A stretch of DNA of 64,000 bases from positions 8,039-72,038 of IMG/VR virus record IMGVR_UViG_3300010885_082162. One strand, given 5' to 3'. Positions 36,475 through 46,624 of the stretch are shown here, piece after piece. Position numbers and translations under genes: made by a program. The stretch is from a virus. Its lineage: Duplodnaviria > Caudoviricetes. The notes under the pieces are model-generated. The model searched no databases. It worked only from the letters and a program-made list of their open reading frames with translations, and was not told the origin of the DNA. Every line of letters starts with the position of its first letter. Position 1 is the first letter of the stretch.

Positions 36475-38058
36475 ATGTCAGAAAATACCTCACAAATACA
36501 ACCTGGCGATGGTTGCATGGTACACGCAGGCATCCTCCAGTCTCATGGCGGTAACCCGACGACCGCGGAGCTGACCAAGGGTTACCCAAATTCTGCAACT
36601 GAAAAGTTTATTGATGAAGTTATTAATGAACTTGTAAAACCTAACGAAGATCCGCTTCCTTGCGGTAAACCAATACCACCTCTAGCTTCAAATCTACGTG
36701 AAGTATTTAAAGATCTAAAAGATGAAAAGAAATTCCCTGACTTCCATAAAAATATTCTTGGAAACTACAGAGATCTTGCGCGAAGCTTAGAAGTCTCCTC
36801 AAATTTTAATCTATTCCCAATTTGTGATCCTATTGCGCTAGGAACTAGCTTATTTCCTGGACTCAACCTTAAAATTGACAAGCTATCTGACTTTTTAAAA
36901 TTTGCAATTCCAAATCCTGTAGCTTTAGCAGCAGAATTTGGAAAAGCAGGCGTCAAAGATCCAATAATGAAAGAAGTCGGCATCGACGTGCCGCTTACGC
37001 CTATTGGACTATTGGCAGAATTTGCAAAAAAAGCCAAAGACATAAAAAAACCACCCGTGCTGCCTCTCGCGGGCCCCGTCCCGCCAACCGATGAACAACT
37101 AATTTCTGGTGGATCAACTGTGCAAAGCCCTTGGCAAAGTGTAGAAGTTGAGAATCCTGCAGGGAAGATACAGGCATATGATTCTATAGGACCGGATCTT
37201 GCTGCACAAATTGGTGCTTTTGGCATTAATATAGTGACATTTTTACCGCAGCTAATTGCGTCTATGCCAGTGTTTGTGATTAACATGATAACGAAGGGAC
37301 CCGCCGCGGCGCTCAACACAATATGCGGTCTAGTAGCTGATGATTCTGGTTTGGTCGGTGTTGGAATTAATTCGCCAAATGGTGAGCCTCAGGATATTGT
37401 CATGCGTGCTGCAAGAAAAGTTCTTGCAAGAAAAGTTACAGAGATGTGTGTTTTTCACGCAATGGCCAACACAATAGGAACTAGCAAAAGCGGTCTAGTT
37501 GGTCTGATGGCTGGCGGCGGCGGCGAGACCAATAAACCAGAAACTGAAGTTAAATCTGGCTTGATAGCAGACTACACCCCCGCCGCGGCCGCCACAGATA
37601 ATTACTTGGTTAATGAAAAACAAAAAATTTATACAGGCGGCGATCACAACCCAGGAGATTACATTACTTTTACAAATCCGCCGCTGGGAGCAGCATTTAA
37701 TGATCCGTGGAGACATGCACTTAAGTTAGGTAAACCTCTGGGTAATACCGATCCCTCGGCAGGAGAAGTCTATGAACCGAGGGGAAGCGAAGCTAATGAT
37801 GATTATGCGTCTGAATTAGATCCTATGATTGCTGGCACGTGGGGTGACCTGGAGCAAGCGTTCGGCATGGCGAATGAAGAAACGTTGCTAAAACAAGGTC
37901 AAAACAACGAAAAATTCGGCAAATATGATATAGAAACGTTGAAAGAAAAAGCTAAAAGTGACCCAAGTAACCTCGAAGCAATTAAAGCATTAAAAAATAA
38001 GCAGTTAATAGTGGGTACAAAAGAGTATAAAGAAAAAGAAAAAAACGGGGGAGGTTGA
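36475..38058 (+). CDS. hypothetical Pro/Gly/Ala-rich baseplate-region protein
   Basis: 527-aa ORF with locally GC-richer DNA; no family recognised. Confidence 0.6.
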   Translation: MSENTSQIQPGDGCMVHAGILQSHGGNPTTAELTKGYPNSATEKFIDEVINELVKPNEDPLPCGKPIPPLASNLREVFKDLKDEKKFPDFHKNILGNYRDLARSLEVSSNFNLFPICDPIALGTSLFPGLNLKIDKLSDFLKFAIPNPVALAAEFGKAGVKDPIMKEVGIDVPLTPIGLLAEFAKKAKDIKKPPVLPLAGPVPPTDEQLISGGSTVQSPWQSVEVENPAGKIQAYDSIGPDLAAQIGAFGINIVTFLPQLIASMPVFVINMITKGPAAALNTICGLVADDSGLVGVGINSPNGEPQDIVMRAARKVLARKVTEMCVFHAMANTIGTSKSGLVGLMAGGGGETNKPETEVKSGLIADYTPAAAATDNYLVNEKQKIYTGGDHNPGDYITFTNPPLGAAFNDPWRHALKLGKPLGNTDPSAGEVYEPRGSEANDDYASELDPMIAGTWGDLEQAFGMANEETLLKQGQNNEKFGKYDIETLKEKAKSDPSNLEAIKALKNKQLIVGTKEYKEKEKNGGG

Positions 38059-38061
38059 ACA

Positions 38062-39144
38062 ATGCCAGATCCAACGAAAGATGACGTAGAACTTCCAGAT
38101 CTTCCTAGTGAAGACGTCTACCCGCCTTGGCTTAAGCCTGCAATCCCGGCGCCACCACCTCCGCCGCCGACACCGCTACCGCAATCGGCCGAGGTCGCGG
38201 ATCCATTTGCACCTCGAGGTTACGACCTTCCGGCAGACCCTGCACAGGGCAAAGAAGACGTCAAATATCTTACTCCCGCGGAACTCGGAGCCGGCGCCAT
38301 TGTTGCCAAAGCACTTGAAGGCGCAGGATTATCTTTTAGTGGTCAGAGCGCAGCATACGCAGAATTTCTCTTTCCAGCAGAGTTCACGCGCAACCAACAG
38401 CAGGCACAAGCAAATGCAAAAGGTATGTCGAGCTGCGGTATATTTGCAAGAGCCTGCTACGCTGCAGCAGGAGCAACTTATCATTTTAATCCTAAAAATA
38501 ATGGGTGGTTAACTAACATAAAAAAGTACGGCGGCGAGCTCACGGCCGCCGATGGAGGATCCACAAATTCTACTGTACATATAGAAACACCGGACCCTAT
38601 TAAAGCAGGCGCTGTTGGGAAGGCGCTTGGTCCTGCTGTAGTGGTAAAAAATTATTTCACGGATGAATATCTAGTTGGATCTGCGATTTCTGCTTTTATC
38701 CAAATTGGATTAAGTCGCGCCGCGCTTAAATATGAGCCCGGGAAGTCTAAGGGGAAGATGTGTGTGCTCGCTCCGGGGGACGTGCTTATAATTGGTTCTC
38801 CTGAACATGTTATTGTTTGTATCAGTGACTTTGATCCGAATAGTGACACATATTTTGACGCAGTCGAGGGCGGGCAGTCTGATACAGGTAACCCGCCTCA
38901 GGATCCTGATCCTGAAGCGACGCCGAAGGTGGCGAAAAAAAGTTACTCACCAACTGCATTTATGCCTAGCCGTTTTTTCTGGAATCTAAATAAAGTTGCA
39001 GATGCTTCCACCGACGGCCACGCGGCCGGCGGCCAAATTCTAAAGAAAATTTTTAGTCAAGGCACTCAAGGCGCTGCCGCCATTCAATTTAGCGCCGGCC
39101 GCCGACTGCTTTATGTAATTGAAGCAGCTAAGTTTATTGTGTAA
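38062..39144 (+). CDS. putative CHAP/NlpC-P60-like cysteine hydrolase with Pro-rich N-terminus
   Basis: MSSCGIF (Cys), APGDVLIIGSPEHVIVC (His), DAVEGGQ (Glu); poly-Pro linker PAPPPPPPTP. Confidence 0.55.
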   Translation: MPDPTKDDVELPDLPSEDVYPPWLKPAIPAPPPPPPTPLPQSAEVADPFAPRGYDLPADPAQGKEDVKYLTPAELGAGAIVAKALEGAGLSFSGQSAAYAEFLFPAEFTRNQQQAQANAKGMSSCGIFARACYAAAGATYHFNPKNNGWLTNIKKYGGELTAADGGSTNSTVHIETPDPIKAGAVGKALGPAVVVKNYFTDEYLVGSAISAFIQIGLSRAALKYEPGKSKGKMCVLAPGDVLIIGSPEHVIVCISDFDPNSDTYFDAVEGGQSDTGNPPQDPDPEATPKVAKKSYSPTAFMPSRFFWNLNKVADASTDGHAAGGQILKKIFSQGTQGAAAIQFSAGRRLLYVIEAAKFIV

Positions 39145-39184
39145 TCGAAAGTCTAAGGAATGATTCGATTAATTTTTCGTTATG

Positions 39185-39191
39185 ATAATTA
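39185..39191 (+). promoter_or_regulatory. candidate late-promoter element ATAATTA upstream of the gp25-like gene
   Basis: The same or a near-identical heptamer lies upstream of several plus-strand late genes (39678, 60049, 62557); AT-rich background limits significance. Confidence 0.35.
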
Positions 39192-39198
39192 GGATAAT

Positions 39199-39669
39199 AT
39201 GGCAGTCTACAGTTTTAAAAATGTAGGTAAGACGAGGAAGAGTCAAGATGACGCAGCAGCCAAGGCTTCAAAAATTCCGTATGGAATAAAGACACCTTTG
39301 CAGCTCGGTAATTCAAGTGAGGGTATCTTGTCAATGAACTTTTCTTTATCAGATCAGTTTTCTGACAACTTAAAAAATTTACTTCTAACAAATTGGGGCG
39401 AAAGATTAGGGCTATATGACTTTGGTGCCAACCTAAAGCCGCTTACAGCAGAGTTTACTAGTCAAGAAGATTTTGACACAGAAGCTATAGAACGGATTAA
39501 AGTTGCAGTTGATAAATGGATGCCATTTGTGACTTTAAGCACTTTTGAGTCTTCTACTGATAGAACCGAGAACAAAAATACGGGGGTAATTAAAATTAAC
39601 ATATTGTATAGAATACCCTCGCTTGAAGACAATGATAGATCTCTACAAATTGTTTTATATGTAATATAA
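39199..39669 (+). CDS. baseplate wedge protein gp25/GpW-like
   Basis: NLKNLLLTNWGERL...FGANLK...IKVAVDKWMPFV. Confidence 0.88.
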   Translation: MAVYSFKNVGKTRKSQDDAAAKASKIPYGIKTPLQLGNSSEGILSMNFSLSDQFSDNLKNLLLTNWGERLGLYDFGANLKPLTAEFTSQEDFDTEAIERIKVAVDKWMPFVTLSTFESSTDRTENKNTGVIKINILYRIPSLEDNDRSLQIVLYVI

Positions 39670-39705
39670 AGTTAGATCTAATTATGCTGAGAAATTTAGG
39701 TAAAA

Positions 39706-41619
39706 ATGGCACTTATTAATAATACACAAGCCCTCAAATCTGTTAGACAGAGAAACTATTTAGCTAGGGACTTTGATAGCTTTAGAAGTGTGCTGTTAGA
39801 ATACGCTAGACAATATTACCCAGATAAAATTAAAGATTTTTCTGAATCATCTGTAGGTGGTCTGTTTTTAGATATGGCAGCTTATGTTGGTGATAACTTG
39901 TCCTTCTATTTAGATCATCTTTATGGAGAGCTCAATTTCGATACTGTTATTGAGGCTAAAAATATTGAACAGATCATAAAGAACGCAGGCTTACAGATAA
40001 CAGGCGCAGCACCGGCAATTACTCAAGTTGATTTTTATATTGAAGTTCCTGTTGCGGATGATGGCACAGACGCGCCTCCTCCAAGGACCGATCTCTTGGC
40101 AACAATCGTTGCAAACACAGTTTTGCAAGCTGACAACGGAACACGATTTACGCTTATAGAAAATGTTGATTTCTGGCAATCCAATCCTGATACAGGCGTC
40201 ATAGAGTTGAATCCTGCAGTTGATGTAACCATTGGCAGAAGAATTGCTGGGACTGTTGCGACAAGAATATTAAAAGCTTCAGGTCTGTGTATTTCAGGTG
40301 TGCAGACCTCAGAAACATTTCAGATTGGTGAATTTCAACCTTTTAAAACTATTACGCTGTCATTACCTGATGTTTCAAACATACTGTCGGTGATAGATAG
40401 CAAGGGAAACATCTATTATGAAGTTGAGAATTTAACCCATGATGTTGTCTATAAAAATACGCTAAACACGTCTGCTATTGACAGTAGTTTGGTAAAGGAC
40501 TCGTTAAAAGTTGTTCCCGCACCTTACAGATATACAAAGCAAGTTTCAATAACAAATAAAGCTGTTACTTTAACTTTTGGAGGTGGTACCGCAGATTCGC
40601 TTGATGACGATGCAATTCCTGATCCCTCAGAGTTTGCGATTCCTTTAAGATATACACAGACTTTTTCACGTCGAGCTGTTAATCCTCAGCGTTTACTTCA
40701 AACATCAACATTGGGCGTAGGGCCTGCTAATGCATCTTTAACAGTAATATACAGACATGGTGGCGGATTACTACACAACGTCCCGCCAGGCAATATAAAA
40801 ACAATTAATTTTATTGAAATTGAATTTCCCGAGAATCCACCTATTGAGCTGCAAACACAAGTCAAGAATGGAATAGAAGTCTTTAATCCGACGCCTGCAA
40901 CAGGAGGTGAAGACGCACCCACAAATGACGAAATTCTAGCACTGGTTCCTGCGTTAAAGAGCGCTCAAGAGCGAATAGTAACTAAAGAAGACTTACTTGC
41001 AAGAGTCTACACGATGCCGTCAAACTTTGGTAGAGTATTTAGAGCATCTGTTTCTAACAATCCCAATAATCCACTTGCTTCAAGGTTGCATGTTATCTCT
41101 AGAACACCATCAGGCGTTTTAATTCCGTCTCCTGATACACTTAAAATTAATCTTAAGCGTTACTTAAATTCTTACCGAATGATATCAGACGCTATTGACA
41201 TTCTTGATGCGGAAGTTATTAATCTTGAAGTATTCTTTCAAGTTGTTGCTGATCCGTCATACAACAAAACAATATTGATCAAAACGATCATCGAGTCTTT
41301 GCAATTACAGCTTAATTCAACAAACTTTCACATAAATCAGCCAATAGTAAAATCTGATATTGTCAGTACGATATATGCACAACAAGGTGTAATTGGCGTT
41401 GAATCTGTTGTTATAAGAAATTTAGCTGGTATTGTAACAAATAGATCGTATTCTGAGATTGTTTTTGACGTCAGGAGTAATACAAAAAACCAAATTATCT
41501 ATCCGACAGAAGGCGGAATCTTTGAAGTTAGATTTCCTGACATTAATATCATAGGCAGCGGTGTCCAATGTATAAAAACATCAAGACTAAAAAAGACACA
41601 TACATCACCAACAAAGTAA
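39706..41619 (+). CDS. baseplate wedge protein gp6/GpJ-like
   Basis: YLARDFDSFR, DFSESSVG..FLDMAAYVGDNLSFYLD, ATGGED, QERIVTKED. Confidence 0.88.
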   Translation: MALINNTQALKSVRQRNYLARDFDSFRSVLLEYARQYYPDKIKDFSESSVGGLFLDMAAYVGDNLSFYLDHLYGELNFDTVIEAKNIEQIIKNAGLQITGAAPAITQVDFYIEVPVADDGTDAPPPRTDLLATIVANTVLQADNGTRFTLIENVDFWQSNPDTGVIELNPAVDVTIGRRIAGTVATRILKASGLCISGVQTSETFQIGEFQPFKTITLSLPDVSNILSVIDSKGNIYYEVENLTHDVVYKNTLNTSAIDSSLVKDSLKVVPAPYRYTKQVSITNKAVTLTFGGGTADSLDDDAIPDPSEFAIPLRYTQTFSRRAVNPQRLLQTSTLGVGPANASLTVIYRHGGGLLHNVPPGNIKTINFIEIEFPENPPIELQTQVKNGIEVFNPTPATGGEDAPTNDEILALVPALKSAQERIVTKEDLLARVYTMPSNFGRVFRASVSNNPNNPLASRLHVISRTPSGVLIPSPDTLKINLKRYLNSYRMISDAIDILDAEVINLEVFFQVVADPSYNKTILIKTIIESLQLQLNSTNFHINQPIVKSDIVSTIYAQQGVIGVESVVIRNLAGIVTNRSYSEIVFDVRSNTKNQIIYPTEGGIFEVRFPDINIIGSGVQCIKTSRLKKTHTSPTK

Positions 41620-43058
41620 TTAGTGCAAAATCTAAAGTATCAGGTAACGTAGGTTTGGCAGGAACGCTCGACTTATTTAAGTTGCATGATTTGGCACCTG
41701 ACTCATCAGGCGTAACAAATGAAATTTCTAGAATTTTAGTTCATTTTGATCTATCTGATATTGATAATTTGTGGAAATCAGGAAGTATAGACATTAATGA
41801 CAACTCTTTTCAGTGTCAATTATCTTTGACAGATGTATATGGCGGCCAACCAACACCACAGAATTTTACTATAAGCGTTTTTCCGCTCTCGGCTTCTTTT
41901 GAAGAAGGTCTTGGTAAAGATCTTGTTTATTACACAGATGTTGATGCAGCCAACTGGCTATCGTCATCAAGAGGCACACTCTGGAATTCTGCTGGCTGTG
42001 ATTTAGGCGGCGGTGCAACTCAATCACGTGATTTTATTACAAGCTCTGTCAATATTACGTCAACTGAGGCAAAGCAAGAATTTGTTATTGGAACAGAGAA
42101 TTTATTAATTGATGTAACAAAAATTATTTCGGCGACTTTAACAGGTGAACTTCCCGACCGCGGATTTAGAATTTCGTACAGTGGCTCGCTTGAGACAAAC
42201 TCAAACACATATTTTGTGAAGCGTTTTGCAAGTCGTCACGCATATGATGAAACGAAAAGGCCGAAGCTAATCTTCAAATTTGACGACTCCATCATTGATG
42301 ACACACAAAATTTAACATTTGATACTGATTGTAAGATTAATCTCTACAATTACGTAAAGGGTGATCTAAACAATTTAATTTCAGCTTCGACATCTCTTAC
42401 GGGATCCAATTGTGTTAAGCTTAAATTAGTCGCAGAAACAGGTGGTTACTCACTAACTTTCTCAGGATCGCAATTTAAGCTCGGCTCAAATGCAGTGACA
42501 GGTGTTTATACGTCCACAGTTAATATCGACTCTTCAGATGCCACAATTGCAGCAAGAATAGTTGAGTCAGGATCAGTAAAATTTACGCCTGTGTGGATAT
42601 CAAACAGTGCAAACATTACTTTTGTCTCAGGAAGCAAGATAGAAGCAAAAAAACCCGTCAGATCCTCTGCATCAAATAAGAAAAAATTCTACAGAGTAAC
42701 GGTAGGAGGAATTGATCAAAGATATTCTAGTAATCAAGATGTCACAGGAAGAGTTAATATTTTTGATGATAACAATGCGTTTATTAAGCTAGTAAAAACA
42801 CCAGTTGAGTTAGCAGGTATTGTGCTTAGTAATGTTTTTTATTCTGTAAGAGAAATTGAGTCCGGCATTACAGTAATTCCATTTGATGATATCAAAAATT
42901 CAACTAAGGTTTCGAGCGATTCCGAAGGAATGTTCTTTACTTTTAACGCGTCTAATTTTGAAATTGGGAGATCATATGCTATTGATTTAATGATTAAATT
43001 AAATGGTATCAAAAATATCTACCAAGATGCATCAAATGTTTTTCAGATAATACAATAG
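41568..43058 (+). CDS. structural protein (DNRLRE-like beta-sandwich N-terminal region)
   Basis: KDTYIT...SRILVHFDLS...RPKLIF pattern; located in the baseplate cluster. Confidence 0.55.
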   Translation: MYKNIKTKKDTYITNKVISAKSKVSGNVGLAGTLDLFKLHDLAPDSSGVTNEISRILVHFDLSDIDNLWKSGSIDINDNSFQCQLSLTDVYGGQPTPQNFTISVFPLSASFEEGLGKDLVYYTDVDAANWLSSSRGTLWNSAGCDLGGGATQSRDFITSSVNITSTEAKQEFVIGTENLLIDVTKIISATLTGELPDRGFRISYSGSLETNSNTYFVKRFASRHAYDETKRPKLIFKFDDSIIDDTQNLTFDTDCKINLYNYVKGDLNNLISASTSLTGSNCVKLKLVAETGGYSLTFSGSQFKLGSNAVTGVYTSTVNIDSSDATIAARIVESGSVKFTPVWISNSANITFVSGSKIEAKKPVRSSASNKKKFYRVTVGGIDQRYSSNQDVTGRVNIFDDNNAFIKLVKTPVELAGIVLSNVFYSVREIESGITVIPFDDIKNSTKVSSDSEGMFFTFNASNFEIGRSYAIDLMIKLNGIKNIYQDASNVFQIIQ

Positions 43059-43071
43059 TAGAGACTAAATA

Positions 43072-46000
43072 ATGACATTTAAAATAGGATCACTTAGCTC
43101 GCCATCCTTCGTAAAGTCAATTTTACGTGATGCTAAGCCTGTACAGCTTACTGCAGCGGATCTTGTTGAACAACAAGATGCTACAAGCTTTAAAGAATTT
43201 AATTCATTTAAGTATGATCCAATTTCATCACCGTTAAAGAGCACTCAACAACTTAATATAGATTGGTCTAAGTTTGAAAATCATACATTCTTCTCTTCAG
43301 CTGAAGTTAAAGTAAATGATGCATTTAATTTGCTAATTAATAAATTTCCATTCGATGGTACGAAATTAGAAGTACAAAATTTTATTGATAATTTAACTGG
43401 ATTTGAAAAATATATCTTGGAGCAGTTTCCTACATGGTCCGGGGCGCTTCACTTCTCAGGTACTCAAGTCGGTGAAAATCCTGCAAATGGTTATATTTCA
43501 AAATTAGGCACCCACATTGAAGTAAAAGATTATGCAGGTTTCTATTACCCAGAGATATCAAAAAACGTAACCGGTCAAACAATCCTAAATCCAGGCATAA
43601 CAGGTTCGCTTTCTTTAGAAACCCAGATCTATTTACCGACAATTTCAAATTCAAGTCAAGTTGTTTTTCAAAAGGTTTCAAACTCATCCAATGGATTTAC
43701 GCTTTATCTCAACCCTGATTCTTCGACTGCTTATGTTACTGCGAGTTTTTGTGTTTCTTCAGGCTCAAAAAGTGTAAGTACATCAGCAGTATTAACGAAG
43801 GGCGTTTATAATCATATCTGCGTTGTAATGAATAGAGAAGAGCAGCGTCCTGATGTTACCTTACAATTTTATGTAAATGAAAAGTTAAAATCAAATAGTA
43901 ATAAAAGCATTAATATTGGAAAATTAGACATTGACAATAACAGTCTCTATGTTGGATCTGGAAGCGCTTTTTTTAATAACAATACGTTAATAACACCAAC
44001 ACAAACGCTAAGTGGTACAATTGATGAGCTAAGAATTTTTCATGAAGCTAGAAGTCTTGACAAGCAAAAGTTATATGGCAATAGAGGCATATACGCATCG
44101 CCTACTTTAAAATTATACTATCGATTTAATGAGCCACCCATTTTAACAGAAAGCGCAACTGACTCAGTTAATTCGATTGTTTTAGATAGTTCTGGAAATT
44201 CTTTACATTCTTACATCAGTAATTTCACAGGCTCATTAAGAATAAATTCAGAAACTGATAATCTCAATCCTATAAAAAATGAAAAGAGAGAGTTCAATAT
44301 CGTTCTCTTCCCAGCCTATGAAGAAGTGCAGGATTTAAATACACAACTTCTTTCCAGCGCATCGCTGTATGATAATGAAAATCCTAACTATATTATTAAG
44401 CTTATTCCGAAACACTATCTTTTAGAAGGTGCAGCAGAAGATGGTTTCTTTAATGAGCGAGGCAATTCAGGCGGTGCTTATTCAGGTAATGGTATACCTG
44501 GTCAGGGAAAGATTGGCTCCACTCATATTATACTGACTTTTATCTACATATGGGCTAAGTTCTTCGATGACATTAAATTATATGTCGAGTCATTTGGAAA
44601 ATTAAGAACTGTGAGCTATGATGAAAATGAATCAGTTCCTGATAATTTTCTACAAGATATTATAAAGAGTTACGGATTTTACTTCCCAGGTCTATTTCAA
44701 CATTCTGATATCAATAAATTTACTGACGATAGTGAGGGCCCTGAGACTGAGTATTCTACAGGCCAAGCATTTAAAAAAGTTCATACTCAGATATTAAGAA
44801 GAGTAATTGTTAATATAGACGATTTCATCAGATCAAAAGGTACTCAGCACAGTATAAGATCTTTCTTGCGATCAGTAGGTATAGATCCAGATAACAGTCT
44901 AAAAATTCGAGAGTATGGTGGTTATACTACAAATATTCTTGGTTCGTCTAGAAATAAACGACTTGAGCCAATTGCTGTGGTTGACTTTGTTAGCTCATCA
45001 TTTGTAATATCTTCTCCGCTCTCTGCATCAAGAGTCGAGCCTGGTTATCCTTTACCAGGTGGACAATTTGTACTCAACAATGAAGATCAAGTTATTGGTA
45101 CAAATTACGCATCTGACGGCTTGTTAACATCAGGTTCTTGGACATTATCATGTCATTATAAATTTCCGCCTTACAAGCTTGAAACAATAAAAGCAGCAAA
45201 TCAGTCTCTTATGCGCTTAATTGTTACAGGAAGCGAAGCATATGCTCAACCAGGCTTGATTGCAAATGTTGTTGCTGTTCATGGAACTAAGACAGCAGAT
45301 CAAAAAATAATAGCGTATCTAAGACCCGGCACTTCAGGAAGTGCTAATATAGCTTCAAGCTCGCCACTCCTAACAATGTCGCTCAGCATACCAGGCGATG
45401 GAATCTTTGATGGTGAGCGATGGAATGTCGCGTTTGGTAGAAAAAGGTTTGATGAATTTGGCTCAAACTATTTATCCTCTAGCTATTTTCTACGAGCAGG
45501 AAAATCTAACTATGGTGATATTGAAGAGTTATATACTGAGTCTATATTCTTTAATGAAAAATTGCAAAATGAAAAAAATGCATTTGAGTTCTTATCGAGT
45601 TCTTTCAATGCTTCTGGATCTTATATTTGTATAGGTTCACAACAGACAATTCCTGTTTCTGCTATACAATCTTATTCTTTTTTAAATAACTCATTTGAAG
45701 TAGATGATAGTGTCTCAAGAACAGTCAACTTCACAGGATGGGCATCTCATCTTCGATTCTGGTCCAAGGCAATAAGCGAGCCTGAATGGCAAGAGCATGT
45801 TAGGAATTACAAATCTGCAGGCGTTTCTAATGCAAAAATAAACTATAACTTTACAACAAAGGCATCCGGATCTTTTGGCAAACTTAGAATTGATACCTTT
45901 GCAAAACAAATAGATAAGACGTCAAACATAAATGGACAAATTATTTTTATTGATCACAGTAACAATAACTTGCATCTCACCGGATCATATTTTGGATCAG

Positions 46001-46614
46001 GTTCTAACGTTGTAGTAATTGGAGATGTTGAGTCTTATAGCTACTTATCCCCTGATTTTGATGAGGCATCAACTAGCGACAAAGTTAGAATTAGAGGTTT
46101 ACTTAATGAAAGCAATCTTTCCGAGAATCCATTTGCAACATTAGGCCCAGCATATTCTTCTAATGAATCATTCATTAAAGAAGTTCCAATAGATGATACA
46201 AGATTATCAATAGAATTTTCACTCACTGATGCGCTAGATAGAGACATAATAACAATGTTTTCAAGTTTAGAAGAATTAGGTGATGCTATAGGGCGACCTG
46301 AGCTAATGTTCTCACCAGACTATCCCGATCTAGAAACGCTTAGAAATGTTTACTTTAATAGACTTACAGAAAACTTAAATTTTAGAAAATTTTTAGAATT
46401 TTATCGTTGGTTTGATAATTCAATTTCAACATTTATTGAACAACTTATCCCAGGGAAAACAAAATTTAAAGGTACAAATTTTGTGATTGAATCACATATG
46501 TTAGAGCGACACAAGAGAGAGGCTAGACACGGAGACAACTACATAAGTAATAATCAGCAAGCTAGCAAAGAAAATTCACTAAGTCTGGATTTTGCGGCTA
46601 GCATCAAACAATAA
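43072..46614 (+). CDS. large baseplate wedge/tail protein with a LamG (ConA-like) domain
   Basis: LamG-like GVYNHICVV...FYVNEK...SGTIDELRIF (~43620-44110); KGTQHSIRSFLRSVGI wedge-type motif; GTNFVIESHMLER. Confidence 0.7.
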   Translation: MTFKIGSLSSPSFVKSILRDAKPVQLTAADLVEQQDATSFKEFNSFKYDPISSPLKSTQQLNIDWSKFENHTFFSSAEVKVNDAFNLLINKFPFDGTKLEVQNFIDNLTGFEKYILEQFPTWSGALHFSGTQVGENPANGYISKLGTHIEVKDYAGFYYPEISKNVTGQTILNPGITGSLSLETQIYLPTISNSSQVVFQKVSNSSNGFTLYLNPDSSTAYVTASFCVSSGSKSVSTSAVLTKGVYNHICVVMNREEQRPDVTLQFYVNEKLKSNSNKSINIGKLDIDNNSLYVGSGSAFFNNNTLITPTQTLSGTIDELRIFHEARSLDKQKLYGNRGIYASPTLKLYYRFNEPPILTESATDSVNSIVLDSSGNSLHSYISNFTGSLRINSETDNLNPIKNEKREFNIVLFPAYEEVQDLNTQLLSSASLYDNENPNYIIKLIPKHYLLEGAAEDGFFNERGNSGGAYSGNGIPGQGKIGSTHIILTFIYIWAKFFDDIKLYVESFGKLRTVSYDENESVPDNFLQDIIKSYGFYFPGLFQHSDINKFTDDSEGPETEYSTGQAFKKVHTQILRRVIVNIDDFIRSKGTQHSIRSFLRSVGIDPDNSLKIREYGGYTTNILGSSRNKRLEPIAVVDFVSSSFVISSPLSASRVEPGYPLPGGQFVLNNEDQVIGTNYASDGLLTSGSWTLSCHYKFPPYKLETIKAANQSLMRLIVTGSEAYAQPGLIANVVAVHGTKTADQKIIAYLRPGTSGSANIASSSPLLTMSLSIPGDGIFDGERWNVAFGRKRFDEFGSNYLSSSYFLRAGKSNYGDIEELYTESIFFNEKLQNEKNAFEFLSSSFNASGSYICIGSQQTIPVSAIQSYSFLNNSFEVDDSVSRTVNFTGWASHLRFWSKAISEPEWQEHVRNYKSAGVSNAKINYNFTTKASGSFGKLRIDTFAKQIDKTSNINGQIIFIDHSNNNLHLTGSYFGSGSNVVVIGDVESYSYLSPDFDEASTSDKVRIRGLLNESNLSENPFATLGPAYSSNESFIKEVPIDDTRLSIEFSLTDALDRDIITMFSSLEELGDAIGRPELMFSPDYPDLETLRNVYFNRLTENLNFRKFLEFYRWFDNSISTFIEQLIPGKTKFKGTNFVIESHMLERHKREARHGDNYISNNQQASKENSLSLDFAASIKQ

Positions 46615-46624
46615 GAGTTCATAA

